In this document: piece by piece, positions 1 through 10,415 of the stretch
Layout of the letters: every line of letters begins with the position of its first letter
Position numbering within the stretch: position 1 is the stretch's first letter
Sequence record: SRR2962707_543
Length of the DNA stretch: 64,000 nt
Direction: 5' to 3' (one strand)
Program-made: the position numbers and the translations under genes
Notes under the pieces: generated by a model
Seen by the model: the letters and a program-made list of their open reading frames with translations, nothing else
Databases searched by the model: none
Told to the model about the DNA's origin: nothing

Positions 1-129
1 GATGTCGAGGAAATCAAGGCTGTCGATGCCTAGATCTTCAATCGTGTGGCTATCTGGCGTGATCGCATCGCGGTCAATTTCACTCGTGTCGGCGATAATG
101 TCAGCCACTTTTTCAAAAGTCGTTGCCAA
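1..129 (-). CDS. acpXL: Specialised acyl carrier protein AcpXL (5' part; continues past the window edge)
   Basis: Not in ORF track. Manual minus-strand translation from TTG at 129 gives [43 protein letters not shown], with the DLGIDSLD phosphopantetheine motif and a GAGGA RBS. Matches the recalled N-terminus of rhizobial AcpXL. Confidence 0.9.
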   Translation of the reverse strand, partial: MATTFEKVADIIADTSEIDRDAITPDSHTIEDLGIDSLDFLDI

Positions 130-340
130 GAATTGTGTCCTCTTCGTCAATTTTAGATCGGTGATCTGTACGTATTGGTTATTTGTTAAGTGCTGTCTAC
201 TTGTTTTGCACAATAAGTAAAAGGGGGAAGTTGTCACATCGCGCGTTGCCTATAAGTAAATTGTTGCGTAACACGAGTTCAAGTGCTGTCGCATGAAAAG
301 CACAGAACTATTGATGATAATCGATCTGGGAGATCAGGCC

Positions 341-1348
341 ATGACCGCAAAAAATGTTGAAAATTGGGGCGAAACTGCGCGCGGTGAAGCCGTTCAGCGC
401 ATCCATTTATCGAATGGTGATTTGACGCTTAAGCTGTTGACTTATGGCGCGACAGTTCAAGATTTGCGCATGGAATGTCATGATTTTCCATTGGTTTTGG
501 GTCTTGGCTCGATTGGCGAGTATGAGACTCAGGGCAACTATTTTGGTGCAACCGTTGGGCGGTGTGCCAACCGCATCACTAATGGGAAATGCACCATTGG
601 TGGCAATGCCATTCAGCTTGGTTTGGGAAAAGGGAATACACACCATTTACATGGCGGACCGGAAGGTTTTTCAACCAAGGTTTGGGAGATTGAAACCGTC
701 AGTACAGATCGGGTTGCGCTCACGCTTTCAAGCGCTGATGGTGAGATGGGTTATCCGGGCAATATGACTGTTCGCGCTATCTATCAATTATCCGAAAATA
801 ATGGGCTTGAGATCACACTTGAAGCGACCAGCGATGCGCTAACATTGTGCAATTTGACCAATCACAGCTACTTCAATCTACAAGACGGCGGCGTGAGCGA
901 CATTAATGCGCATGAATTGCAGCTGGATGCCGACCGCTACACGCAGGTGGATGATAATTTAGCTGCAACGGGTTCATTGCCCTCGGTTTCGGGCACTGCA
1001 CTTGATTTTCAGTCCCAGAAGCCAATTGCTGATTTTACGGCCTATGATGTGAATTTGTGTGTGAGCGATGCGCAAAGACCGCTGAAAAGCGTGGGGCGTC
1101 TTGTTGCTCCTAAATCTGGCATTACGATGGAAATAGTGACAACAGAGCCTGGTGTTCAGCTTTATGGTTCCGCCTATTTAGCTGCGGGCGTTGAAGGCCT
1201 AGACGGCATTCAATATCACGCGGGATCAGGCGTTTGTTTGGAGACACAGATTTGGCCTGATGCAGTCAACCACTCGGACTTTCCGAATGTGTTGCTTGAA
1301 GTTGGCAAGGTGTCACGTCAGATAACGCATTATCGATTTACGCGTTAA
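341..1348 (+). CDS. galM: Aldose 1-epimerase (galactose mutarotase)
   Basis: Motifs GATVGRCANRI, HHLHGG, GYPG, NLTNHSYFNL, CLETQ. Start set to ATG 341 after GGGAGA. Confidence 0.92.
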   Translation: MTAKNVENWGETARGEAVQRIHLSNGDLTLKLLTYGATVQDLRMECHDFPLVLGLGSIGEYETQGNYFGATVGRCANRITNGKCTIGGNAIQLGLGKGNTHHLHGGPEGFSTKVWEIETVSTDRVALTLSSADGEMGYPGNMTVRAIYQLSENNGLEITLEATSDALTLCNLTNHSYFNLQDGGVSDINAHELQLDADRYTQVDDNLAATGSLPSVSGTALDFQSQKPIADFTAYDVNLCVSDAQRPLKSVGRLVAPKSGITMEIVTTEPGVQLYGSAYLAAGVEGLDGIQYHAGSGVCLETQIWPDAVNHSDFPNVLLEVGKVSRQITHYRFTR

Positions 1349-1614
1349 GAGTCGGCGTAATTGCCTTTGATCGGCGGTTTTTTGTCCTGATTGTCACTGG
1401 CGCATTCGGTGTCAAACCGGATTGCAAAGTAGATAATCATGCCGATTATCGCGAACATGGCTGCGCCGATGATCAGCACGATGTGCGACAATGCTTGCGC
1501 ATCGACGCGCAAAGATAACCAAGCAATGGCGATCAGCAATATGATGGCCGTTCCGCCGCCAATTGCTATAAAACACCGTGCCGCACTTTTGCGTATTTCT
1601 TGAATGCTTCGCAT
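1345..1614 (-). CDS. Small hypothetical membrane protein (two hydrophobic segments)
   Basis: Part of ORF 1345..1716. ATG at 1614 avoids overlap with sitD. Two ~20-aa hydrophobic stretches. Confidence 0.5.
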   Translation of the reverse strand: MRSIQEIRKSAARCFIAIGGGTAIILLIAIAWLSLRVDAQALSHIVLIIGAAMFAIIGMIIYFAIRFDTECASDNQDKKPPIKGNYADS

Positions 1615-1663
1615 CAAATGAGTGTGGCGCTTTGTGCTTAGCTGCACCACCCCATCTTTCGAT

Positions 1664-2527
1664 CTAAGCCGAAGGTTTAGTTTGACTTGTCGTTTGCTGG
1701 GGTGTGGCCTCAGCAATGCTTGCCTTTCTGATGGCGTAGATAAAGGCAGCGATGAAAAACGCCATCATAACCAGCACGATTGTCGGGCCGGGCGCTGAGT
1801 CGATAAAGAAGCTCAAATAGATGCCGATGACACTGCTTGTCACCGCAACAGAGACCGCGACGAGCATCATAGCGCTAAAAACACGCGTGATAAGCAATGC
1901 AATTGCGCCGGGTGTAACTAAAAATGCAATGGCTAGGATAATGCCGACTGATTTGAGCGCTGCGACCACCGCCAGAGAAATGGCGGCAAGTAACCCATAA
2001 TGCAGAATTTTAACGGGTAGAGAGATCGCCCGCGCATGTTGGGGATCAAAAGCACAGACCAACAAATCTTTGCGCTTTACCAAAATGAAGGTGACAACGA
2101 CCAAATCAATGAGAATCGTTTGTCCAATGTCTGTCCAAGACACGCCCAGCATATCGCCGAATAAGATGTGATCGAGATGCACGTCGGTTGGAATAGCGAC
2201 ATAAAGCACAAGCCCGATGCCGAACATGCCCGCAAAGACAATGCCGAGCGCGGTGTCTTCTTTGATGCGGCTGTTTTCCGTCACATAGCCCGCTAAAAGC
2301 GCGCAGGTCATGCCCGCTATAAATGCGCCAATGACGAGTGGTAGGCCGATAATGTAGGCCAGAACAACGCCGGGGAAAACAGCATGGGAAATGGCATCAC
2401 CCATCAGCGACCAGCCTTGCAAAACAAGATAGCATGACAGCATAGCCATTGGGATTGCGACAATGACCGTGATGACAAATGCCTGCTGCATAAACACGAG
2501 TTGGAAAGGCAGGAAAATCTCATCCAT
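1664..2527 (-). CDS. sitD: Mn/Fe ABC transporter permease
   Basis: GWSLMGDAISHAVFPG and LDHILFGDMLG motifs; last gene of the overlapping operon. Confidence 0.92.
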   Translation of the reverse strand: MDEIFLPFQLVFMQQAFVITVIVAIPMAMLSCYLVLQGWSLMGDAISHAVFPGVVLAYIIGLPLVIGAFIAGMTCALLAGYVTENSRIKEDTALGIVFAGMFGIGLVLYVAIPTDVHLDHILFGDMLGVSWTDIGQTILIDLVVVTFILVKRKDLLVCAFDPQHARAISLPVKILHYGLLAAISLAVVAALKSVGIILAIAFLVTPGAIALLITRVFSAMMLVAVSVAVTSSVIGIYLSFFIDSAPGPTIVLVMMAFFIAAFIYAIRKASIAEATPQQTTSQTKPSA

Positions 2528-3387
2528 TACGCTTCTCCCGCCAGTACTTTTGCTGCCTTGCGTTTTGCAGCAAGGGTTCCGTGTTTGGGTGCAAAAATAA
2601 ACGTCACCATGAAAATAGTACTTTGAAGCGCAACGATCACGCCGCCAGTCGCACCATTGGTGAAATAGCTTAAATAGGCGCCGAGCGCACAGGTGAGCGT
2701 GCCAAAGAGCACGGATATGATGATCAGACGCGAGAAGCGATCGGCGAGAAGATAGGCTGTTGCGCCCGGTGTTACGACAATGGCGACAACGAGAAAAGCG
2801 CCAACGGTTTGCAATGCAGCAATGGTGGACGCGGCTAGAATCACAAAGAAGATGAGCTTGAGCATTTTGGGATTAATGCCAATGGAGGCGGCGTGGTTTT
2901 CATCAAAAAACACCACAACCAAATCGCGCCATATAAGCGTGAGTACAAGCAGTGAAATGCCAGCAATGCAAACGATCTGGATGATGTCGATGGGCTGAAT
3001 GGCCAAGATATTGCCGAGCGCAATGGTTTGAATATTGACCGATGTGGGCGAGAGGGACGCCATAAATAGCCCAAGGCCAAAGAAGGATGTAAAGACAAGG
3101 CCGATGATCGTGTCTTGCTTTAGCTTGGTTTTGTTGTTGAGGAACAGCATCGCGCCTGAAGCTAGGCCGCCTGCGATAAATGCGCCAACGGTGAAGGGCA
3201 GGCCGAGCATGTAAGCCCCCGCAACGCCTGGTACGACCGCATGAGAGAGGGCATCCCCGATGAGAGACCATCCACGCAGCATGAGAAATGTGGATAGGAA
3301 TGCGCAGACTGCGCCGACCAATGCGCTGACCCATATGGCATTGACCATATATTGATATTGAAAAGGCTCAGCCAGATAGTCGATCAT
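2527..3387 (-). CDS. sitC: Mn/Fe ABC transporter permease
   Basis: [16 protein letters not shown] motif; ABC-3 family. Confidence 0.92.
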   Translation of the reverse strand: MIDYLAEPFQYQYMVNAIWVSALVGAVCAFLSTFLMLRGWSLIGDALSHAVVPGVAGAYMLGLPFTVGAFIAGGLASGAMLFLNNKTKLKQDTIIGLVFTSFFGLGLFMASLSPTSVNIQTIALGNILAIQPIDIIQIVCIAGISLLVLTLIWRDLVVVFFDENHAASIGINPKMLKLIFFVILAASTIAALQTVGAFLVVAIVVTPGATAYLLADRFSRLIIISVLFGTLTCALGAYLSYFTNGATGGVIVALQSTIFMVTFIFAPKHGTLAAKRKAAKVLAGEA

Positions 3388-4286
3388 TTATCGGCGCCAT
3401 CATCTGTTTGAGGCGTTTCTTGAGAATAAATGACAAATGGGCGCTCGTCGTCGGTAATCACGGTCACCGTGCGCGGGTCTTCATCATCGTGCAAATCCTC
3501 GCCGCCAAGCACGAAATGGCGCAAGACATCGCCAAAGGCGAGGCGAAGATTTTCAGCGGTGAAGACCTCTTGGGTTGGCCCATGGGCTAAGATCGTGCGG
3601 TTGATCAAAACCACGCGGTCACAAAAATCGGGCACAGAACCCAAATTGTGCGTTGATACGAGCATGACGCGGCCTTCATCGCGCAGCTCTTTCATCAACG
3701 TGATGATTTGTTCTTCTGTGGTCACATCAACGCCAGTAAAGGGTTCGTCAAGCAGGATGACTTGACCTTCCTGCGCCAAGGCGCGAGCCAAAAACACGCG
3801 CTTTTTTTGCCCGCCGGAAAGTTCGCCGATTTGGCGTTCTCGATATTCCAACATGCCAACGCGGCGCATCGCGTCGGTTACTTTTTCTTGGTCAATTTTG
3901 CTGGGGCGGCGCAGCCAATTCATGTGGCCATAGCGCCCCATCATGACGACATCTTCAACAAGGACAGGAAAATTCCAGTCTACTTCCTCTGCTTGTGGGA
4001 CATAGGCGACGAGATTTTTCGCAAGCGCATCTTTTGCGGGCATTTCAAGAATAGAGACTGAACCGCCGCTGGTTTGTGCAAAACCCATAAGTGCTTTGAA
4101 AAGCGTTGATTTTCCGCTGCCATTGACGCCAACAAGTGCTGTTATCGAGCCTTTTGGAATTTGGAAACTGGCATTGAGGAGCGCCGTGTGGCCGTTGCGA
4201 TAGGTGACCGAAATATTATCTACGTGCAGGCCGGAGCCATCTTCACTGGCATATTCAGTTGCTTGTTCGCGGATCATTGCATTCAT
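3384..4286 (-). CDS. sitB: Mn/Fe ABC transporter ATPase
   Basis: Walker [20 protein letters not shown]; SitB-type C-terminal DDERPF tail. Confidence 0.93.
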   Translation of the reverse strand: MNAMIREQATEYASEDGSGLHVDNISVTYRNGHTALLNASFQIPKGSITALVGVNGSGKSTLFKALMGFAQTSGGSVSILEMPAKDALAKNLVAYVPQAEEVDWNFPVLVEDVVMMGRYGHMNWLRRPSKIDQEKVTDAMRRVGMLEYRERQIGELSGGQKKRVFLARALAQEGQVILLDEPFTGVDVTTEEQIITLMKELRDEGRVMLVSTHNLGSVPDFCDRVVLINRTILAHGPTQEVFTAENLRLAFGDVLRHFVLGGEDLHDDEDPRTVTVITDDERPFVIYSQETPQTDDGADK

Positions 4287-5206
4287 TGTGGGCTCTTTAT
4301 TCCATCGACGATGGTTTGAGTGGTGACGCGCAGCAAGTCTAGGTAGGTAGGCACGGGACCATCTGCCGTGGACAGTGAATCGACATAAAGAACGCCGCCA
4401 TATTTTGCATTGGTTTCGCGCGCTACTTGCTGCGCCGCATCTGCTGGCACTGTGCTCTCTGAGAAAACTGCACGAACATTATGTTCACGCACAGCGTCAA
4501 TGACATCTTTGATTTGGCGCGGCGTACCCTGCTGGTCAGCATTGATCGGCCAGATGAAAAGTTCATTGAGACCAAAGTCACGCGCTAAATAACTAAATGC
4601 GCCTTCGCTGGTGACAAGCCAGCGCTGATCTTCAGGGATTGAGTTGAGCGCTTCGCGGATGGGCGCAACGGTTTCGTCTAACTTCTTTAGGTAGGCTGCA
4701 GCGTTTTCAGCGTAAATAGCCGCATTGGCAGGGTCGATTTCGCTTAAAGCTTTGCGGATATTTTCAACATAGATTTTTGCATTTTCCGGCGACATCCATG
4801 CGTGAGGGTTGGGTTTGCCAGAGTAGGGGCCTTGAACGATATCCATCGGCACAATGCCATCAGATACTGTTACATTTGGCACATCGCGCAAATTCCCGAG
4901 AAATCGTTTGAACCAAAGCTCCAGATTAAGACCGTTCCAAAGGATGAGGTCTGCATCCAACGTGCCGTGAATATCGCGCGGCGTTGGTTGGTAATTGTGA
5001 ATTTCTGCGCCGGGTTTGGTAATCGACACAATGTCAGCTGCATCGCCCGCGACATTCATTGCCATATCGGCGATGATGGTAAAGGTGGTTGCGACTTTGA
5101 TTTTTTTGCCCTCAGCTAGCGCAGAAGACAAAGAAGTAGATACCAAAATAAGTGTGATACCGGCAATCGAGAGAAGTGATTTCAAGACCTTGCGTCTTGG
5201 ATTCAT
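4283..5206 (-). CDS. sitA: Mn/Fe ABC transporter substrate-binding protein
   Basis: Motifs [31 protein letters not shown]; signal peptide. Exact start uncertain. Confidence 0.92.
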   Translation of the reverse strand: MNPRRKVLKSLLSIAGITLILVSTSLSSALAEGKKIKVATTFTIIADMAMNVAGDAADIVSITKPGAEIHNYQPTPRDIHGTLDADLILWNGLNLELWFKRFLGNLRDVPNVTVSDGIVPMDIVQGPYSGKPNPHAWMSPENAKIYVENIRKALSEIDPANAAIYAENAAAYLKKLDETVAPIREALNSIPEDQRWLVTSEGAFSYLARDFGLNELFIWPINADQQGTPRQIKDVIDAVREHNVRAVFSESTVPADAAQQVARETNAKYGGVLYVDSLSTADGPVPTYLDLLRVTTQTIVDGIKSPQ

Positions 5207-5227
5207 AATGCGGGCCTGCTTTTTGCT

Positions 5228-5246
5228 ATTGCGAACTATTCGCAAT
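5228..5246. promoter_or_regulatory. Mur (Fur-family manganese regulator) box
   Basis: 19-bp dyad ATTGCGAA-CTA-TTCGCAAT just upstream of sitA, resembling the rhizobial Mur consensus. Confidence 0.8.
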
Positions 5247-5393
5247 AAAGACTGGAATTGCCATCGCTGTCAATGGCAGCTGTCGTAAATCTTGAAACTG
5301 GATATAAATTGCCACAGTTGACCCAAAAAGCTGTTTCAATTAGTCCACTTTAATGCGGTTATTTTGATCCGCGCCAATTGGATAGTCACTCGC

Positions 5394-7082
5394 GTGAACT
5401 TAAATTTATTTAGAATTGCCGTTTGGGCATTTGCTGGGCTGTGTTTGGTTCCTATTCTTGTGGTGGGGCTAACGGCGCTTGGTGGCACATGGGAAACGTG
5501 GAGCCGTTTATCGGCGACCGTGTTGCCAAAATTTGCTTGGACCACAGTACAACTGACGTTCTATGTTGGTGTGGGCACGTGCCTTATCGGCACGGCCTGC
5601 GCGTGGCTTGTTTCAACATGCCAATTTCCGGGGCGGCGGGCGCTGGAAATTTTGCTTGCGTTGCCTTTGGCATTTCCCGCCTATGTGCTGGCCTATGCCT
5701 ATACAGATCTGCTTGATCACCCCGGTGCCGTTCAATCGACTTTGCGGGCGCTCACGGGGTGGGGACCGCGCGATTATTGGTTCCCAGAGGTGCGCTCACT
5801 TGGCGGTGCGGCGCTGATGCTGATTTTCGTGCTTTACCCATATGTCTATCTACTTGCGCGCGCGGCGTTTTTGCGCCAGTCACCTACCGCCTATTTTGCT
5901 GCCCGCACATTGGGCCACGGGCCATGGTCAGCTTTTTGGCGGGTCAGCCTGCCAGTCGCGCGGCCAGCGATTGCTGGCGGAGTTTTGTTGGTTCTCATGG
6001 AAACAATCGCTGATTTTGGCACTGTTGCGCATTTTGGCGTTCAGACATTTGCGACAGGTATTTATCAAGCATGGTTTTCAATGGGGGATCGCCCTGCGGC
6101 ATCGCAATTGGCTTTTTGCCTGCTCATTGTATCGCTATTTCTCGTGGTGATGGAAAAATCGCAGCGCGGCAATGCGCGCCACCATGAGGCGGGCAAGCGC
6201 ATCGAAGCCATGGCCCCGCATCATCTAAAAGGTTGGCGGGCGGCGGCGGCGGTTTCCATATGTGTTGCACCTGTGCTGTTTGGCTTCTTGGTTCCGATCG
6301 TTGTGTTATTCGATATGGCTGTTGAATCAGGGCAAAATCCGTTCACTGAGCGCTATTTAGGCTTTATTATCAATTCGCTGACGGTTGCTTCTTTGGCCGC
6401 AGTTTTCACAATGGTCGGCGCTGTTATTGTTGGTTATTGGACGCGGCTTTATCCAGGGCGCTGGGCCAATAATGCCAAGCTTCTGGCTGGTATTGGTTAT
6501 GCGCTCCCGGGCGGTGTGATCGCGGTTGGTCTTTTGGTGCCGCTTGCTGCCTTTGATAATGGGCTAGATAGTTTTATGCGGGCGCAATTTGGCGTGTCTA
6601 CCGGCCTGATTTTCTCTGGCTCTGTCGTCATATTGATCTTTGCCTATGCGGTTCGGTTCATGGCTGCGGCGATGTCATCCTTTGATACGGGTATGAGTGC
6701 CATTAAACCGAATATTGATGCAGTTTCGCGCTCGCTGGGTGCAAATACGCAGCGTATGCTGTTTAAAGTGCATTTGCCGCTGATGCGGGCAAGCCTGCTC
6801 ACAGGTGTTTTGATCGTCTTTGTGGATACGATGAAAGAATTGCCAGCAACGCTTATTTTGCGGCCGTTTAATTTTGATACGCTTGCGGTTCAGGCTTACC
6901 GGCTTGCGTCCGATGAACGGCTCACACAGGCTGCGGTGCCATCGCTTGTTATTGTTGCCTTTGGTTTGCTGCCGGTCATCGTGCTTTGCTATACGATTGC
7001 GCGGTCACGCCCGCGCCATCACAGCGAATATGTGCAGCCGGTGATCGCACCTATTTTGAGCGATGTTCAACCTGAAATCTGA
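5394..7082 (+). CDS. fbpB: Fe(III) ABC transporter permease (FbpB/FutB family)
   Basis: Duplicated permease domains; LPLAFPAYVLAYAY, METIADFG and MKELPATL motifs. GTG start inferred. Confidence 0.88.
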   Translation: MNLNLFRIAVWAFAGLCLVPILVVGLTALGGTWETWSRLSATVLPKFAWTTVQLTFYVGVGTCLIGTACAWLVSTCQFPGRRALEILLALPLAFPAYVLAYAYTDLLDHPGAVQSTLRALTGWGPRDYWFPEVRSLGGAALMLIFVLYPYVYLLARAAFLRQSPTAYFAARTLGHGPWSAFWRVSLPVARPAIAGGVLLVLMETIADFGTVAHFGVQTFATGIYQAWFSMGDRPAASQLAFCLLIVSLFLVVMEKSQRGNARHHEAGKRIEAMAPHHLKGWRAAAAVSICVAPVLFGFLVPIVVLFDMAVESGQNPFTERYLGFIINSLTVASLAAVFTMVGAVIVGYWTRLYPGRWANNAKLLAGIGYALPGGVIAVGLLVPLAAFDNGLDSFMRAQFGVSTGLIFSGSVVILIFAYAVRFMAAAMSSFDTGMSAIKPNIDAVSRSLGANTQRMLFKVHLPLMRASLLTGVLIVFVDTMKELPATLILRPFNFDTLAVQAYRLASDERLTQAAVPSLVIVAFGLLPVIVLCYTIARSRPRHHSEYVQPVIAPILSDVQPEI

Positions 7083-7085
7083 CAT

Positions 7086-7124
7086 GAAAAAGCCCGCAAC
7101 CCATGAATGGCTGCGGGCTTTTTC
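7086..7124. terminator. Bidirectional intrinsic terminator
   Basis: GAAAAAGCCCGCA...TGCGGGCTTTTTC between convergent genes. Confidence 0.85.
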
Positions 7125-7152
7125 GTTTGGTTTGTTAACGAGCTTCGGTGGC

Positions 7153-8181
7153 TTATTTGTAGCCGACTTCGTTGTAGATTTCCTGCGCTTTGGTTTGATT
7201 GATACCAAGCTCGGATAGGTTCAAATCATCGGCTTTAAAATCACCAAGTTCTAGAACTTCAGCAGATTTTGTAACGCCTTTAACAACTGGATATTCATCA
7301 TTGCCTTTGGCAAAATATTCCTGTGCTTCGTCAGATGCCAAATATTCTAGGAATTTGACGGCGTTTTCTTTGTTCGGCGAATATTTCAAAACGCCAGCGC
7401 CTGATGTGTTGATGTGCGTGCCGCGGCCATCTTGGTTCGGGAAAACCCAACCGATTTGATCGATATCAGCGCTCAAATCTTTCACTTCTGTGCGCATCGC
7501 ACGGGCGAAATAATATGAATTGGCAAGCACGATGTCGCATTCACCGGAAATAATAGCGGCGAGCTGGTCTGTGTCTCCGCCTTGCGGCTGACGGGCAAAA
7601 TTATCAACAAGGCCTTGTGCCCATGCTTTTGCCGCGTCTTCACCATCTTCGGCAATGCGTGATGCCATCAATGACAACATATACATGTTGGATGATGAGC
7701 GGGCGCAGACTTTGCCTTTATACATAGGGTCAGCAAGCGCTTCGTAAGTTTGTGGTGGTTCTGAAACGCGGTCTTTTGAGTAAAAGATCATGCGGGCGCG
7801 GGTGGAAAAGCCGAACCATAGATTGTCTGGCTCTTGGAGGGCGTCTGGAATGCGTTCTTCTAAAAGTGCGCTTTCAGTTGGCTGAAATAGACCCGCTTCT
7901 TTAGCGCGCCACAAGCGGCCAGCATCAACAGTGATAAGAACGTCACCGGGGCTGTTAACGCCCTCTGTCAAAATACGCTCGATCAATTCGTCCGCATTGC
8001 CTTCAATGCGATTAATCTTAATACCGGTCTCTTTTTCAAAGTTTGAATAAAGCCGTTCGTCCGTATCGTAGTGGCGCGAAGAATATAGATTGACGACACC
8101 ATCGGCCAAAGCGCTGCTTGGGGCTGAAATCAATGCGCTGGCTGCGAGAAGTGCGGCGAGTGCTGAGCGTAAATTAAACAT
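7153..8181 (-). CDS. futA: Fe(III) ABC transporter substrate-binding protein (FutA/FbpA)
   Basis: VNLYSSRHYDTD, TVDAGRL, ANSYY (Tyr ligands), NDEYP motifs; signal peptide. Confidence 0.9.
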   Translation of the reverse strand: MFNLRSALAALLAASALISAPSSALADGVVNLYSSRHYDTDERLYSNFEKETGIKINRIEGNADELIERILTEGVNSPGDVLITVDAGRLWRAKEAGLFQPTESALLEERIPDALQEPDNLWFGFSTRARMIFYSKDRVSEPPQTYEALADPMYKGKVCARSSSNMYMLSLMASRIAEDGEDAAKAWAQGLVDNFARQPQGGDTDQLAAIISGECDIVLANSYYFARAMRTEVKDLSADIDQIGWVFPNQDGRGTHINTSGAGVLKYSPNKENAVKFLEYLASDEAQEYFAKGNDEYPVVKGVTKSAEVLELGDFKADDLNLSELGINQTKAQEIYNEVGYK

Positions 8182-8213
8182 TATCTATCCCGTTTTTGTG
8201 TTAGAAGTTTAAC

Positions 8214-8230
8214 TTGATTAATTTAGTCAG
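8214..8230. promoter_or_regulatory. IRO / RirA box (TGA-N9-TCA)
   Basis: tTGA-TTAATTTAG-TCAg between futA and rirA, downstream of a minus-strand TTGACA at 8254-8259. Confidence 0.75.
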
Positions 8231-8346
8231 CTTTTAATGTTGCCCCTGTTGCCTGTCAACAGGGCAGTGATTAAATCTTGAGTGAATGTGGAAGTTTTTC
8301 TGGAATGAAATCCAATTGAGCGCTATTGGTTAATTAAGAGGACGCC

Positions 8347-8820
8347 ATGAAACTTACAAAACAAACTGATTACGCCTTTAGAATCTTGATGTTCTGCGCT
8401 GCCAGTGGCGAGCGTTTGAGCCGCATTTCGGATATTAGCCGCGTTTACGGCGCGTCCGAACCGTTTTTGTTTAAGATCCTTCAGCCGCTTGTTGAGGCGC
8501 ATATTGTTGAAACAGTGCGTGGCCGCAATGGGGGCATTCGTCTTGCGCGCAAGCCTTCAGAGATTACTTTGGGTGAAGTGGCGCGGCTAACCGAAGATAA
8601 TTTCACGATTGCCGAATGTTTTGAGCGCGAGTCTTCTAATTGCCCGTTGCTTGATAATTGCCAGCTGACATTGGCGCTGCGCGAGGCGTTGAACGCCTTT
8701 ATGGTGGTTCTTGATCGTTACACGATTGACGATTTGGCCAAGCCAAGTGCTGCCGTTCGCACACTGCTCGCGCTAATTGACGGCGTAAGCACTGCGCCTA
8801 AGACTTTGGCCAAAGGCTGA
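8347..8820 (+). CDS. rirA: Iron-responsive Rrf2-family regulator RirA
   Basis: MKLTKQTDYA, FLFKILQPL, ETVRGRNGG; three Cys ligands (AECF, CPLLDNC); ALREALNAF. Confidence 0.9.
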   Translation: MKLTKQTDYAFRILMFCAASGERLSRISDISRVYGASEPFLFKILQPLVEAHIVETVRGRNGGIRLARKPSEITLGEVARLTEDNFTIAECFERESSNCPLLDNCQLTLALREALNAFMVVLDRYTIDDLAKPSAAVRTLLALIDGVSTAPKTLAKG

Positions 8821-8857
8821 TTAGCGGCGGCCTTCTTATTTTCTAAAGGGCGGTTTC

Positions 8858-9715
8858 ATGGATGATTATGTCATTTTGCTGGGCACAAAAGGTGGTCCTG
8901 CCATTTATCCGGGCGGCACAATGCGCATGCCGACTTCCACGCTGGTTTGCCTCTCGGGTGAGAAGATTGTCGTTGATTGCGGTTTAGGTGTAACGCGCAA
9001 TCTCGTTTCCACCGGCTTTCGGCTGCCCGATTTGCGAATGATTTTGATAACGCATTTGCACTCTGACCATTATCTCGAATTGGGTCCGCTTATTCACACG
9101 GCGTGGACGGCGGGCTTAAAAGACAAAGTGACCATATATGGTCCGCCAGCGCTAAACGCCTATTGGCAGGCATTTTTGCAATCTATGGCCTTTGATATTG
9201 AAACCCGCATTGCCGATGAGGGCAGGCCAGATTTGGCTGCGCTCGTTGAAATAAAAACGATGCCAGCCATGTTTTTGATTGGCGAGAGTATTCAGGTGCG
9301 GGCGATATTAAATAGGCATCCACCGATCATCGAGAGTTATGCGCTGCGCTTTGAAACGGCGCTGAAATCTGTTGTTTTGTCTGGCGATACAGCACCATTT
9401 GATGAGCTGCAGGAATTCGTTGTGGGCGCTGATCTTCTGGTCCATGAAGCGATGATGGGTGAGGGCGTTGACCGGCTCGTTGCGCGGGTTGGCAATGGCG
9501 ATCGGCTAAAAGCGCATTTAGAGGCAAGCCACACTGATACCGTCGATGTTGGAAAGTTGGCGGCTAGCTCTGGCGTAAAGCAACTAGCGCTTAACCACTT
9601 GGTGCCTTGCGACGATCCACTCATTACAGATGAGACTTGGGAAAAGTCTGTGCGAAGCGGTGGTTATGACGGCCCGCTTTTTGTCGGTCATGATCTTTTG
9701 AAAATTGACGTCTGA
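8858..9715 (+). CDS. MBL-fold metallo-hydrolase (RNase Z/arylsulfatase-like)
   Basis: LLGTKGG, VDCG, THLHSDH, SGDT, VHEA, SHT and LNHLVP motifs. Confidence 0.8.
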   Translation: MDDYVILLGTKGGPAIYPGGTMRMPTSTLVCLSGEKIVVDCGLGVTRNLVSTGFRLPDLRMILITHLHSDHYLELGPLIHTAWTAGLKDKVTIYGPPALNAYWQAFLQSMAFDIETRIADEGRPDLAALVEIKTMPAMFLIGESIQVRAILNRHPPIIESYALRFETALKSVVLSGDTAPFDELQEFVVGADLLVHEAMMGEGVDRLVARVGNGDRLKAHLEASHTDTVDVGKLAASSGVKQLALNHLVPCDDPLITDETWEKSVRSGGYDGPLFVGHDLLKIDV

Positions 9716-9727
9716 TTATCGCTTAGC

Positions 9728-9765
9728 AAAAAGCCCAGCCTTTTGAGGCTGGGCTTCAATTTTTT
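9728..9765. terminator. Bidirectional intrinsic terminator
   Basis: AAGCCCAGCCT-TTTG-AGGCTGGGCTT flanked by A and T runs between convergent genes. Confidence 0.85.
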
Positions 9766-9783
9766 ACAACATCAGATCGATGT

Positions 9784-10320
9784 TTAGGCAGCAACTTGCT
9801 GGTTCAATTTTTCCAAAATGTTCTGCGGTGAAGACACGCCATATGGATCGCTATCGCAATTGTCTTCAAAGCCTTCTTCTTCAAACCATTGCTCGACGAG
9901 GCCGTCATTTATGATGGCTGCATAGCGCCACGAACGCATACCAAAGCCAAGATTGTCTTTCGCGACCAACATGCCCATTTTGCGGGTAAATTCGCCAGAA
10001 CCGTCAGGGATAAGGCCTACATTTTCAAGATTTTGCGATTTGCCCCATGCGTTCATTACAAATGCATCGTTTACAGACACGCAATAGATCGCATCCATGC
10101 CTGCAGCTTGAAAATCAGGGAACATTTTTTCAAAGTCAGGAAGCTGGAATGTTGAACAAGTTGGTGTGAATGCACCTGGCAATGAGAAAAGAACGACACG
10201 CTTGCCAGCAAAATAATCTGCTGTTGTTTTATCTTCCCATTTGAATGGGTTTGGGCCTTCGATTGATTCATCGCGCACACGGGTGCGGAAAGTTACGTTC
10301 GGAAGCTTTTTGCGAAGCAT
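9784..10320 (-). CDS. Peroxiredoxin (Prx5 family)
   Basis: LPGAFTPTCS, SVNDAFVM and RSWRYA motifs. Confidence 0.92.
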   Translation of the reverse strand: MLRKKLPNVTFRTRVRDESIEGPNPFKWEDKTTADYFAGKRVVLFSLPGAFTPTCSTFQLPDFEKMFPDFQAAGMDAIYCVSVNDAFVMNAWGKSQNLENVGLIPDGSGEFTRKMGMLVAKDNLGFGMRSWRYAAIINDGLVEQWFEEEGFEDNCDSDPYGVSSPQNILEKLNQQVAA

Positions 10321-10415
10321 GAATATTCTCCAACTGATAATTTAATGACGCGCAGGCGCACGCAAGCGCCCGCACAGGTTCGCCCCATGTGTAGTCAATT
10401 GAGAGAGGTACTAGG

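Noticed and set aside
2-220. 72-aa plus-strand ORF
   Set aside because: Antisense shadow of acpXL with no recognisable motif.
8296-8318. Possible Irr (ICE) box upstream of rirA (TCTGGAATGAAATCCAAT)
   Set aside because: Spacing and second half-site do not fit TTTAGAA-N3-TTCTAAA well enough.
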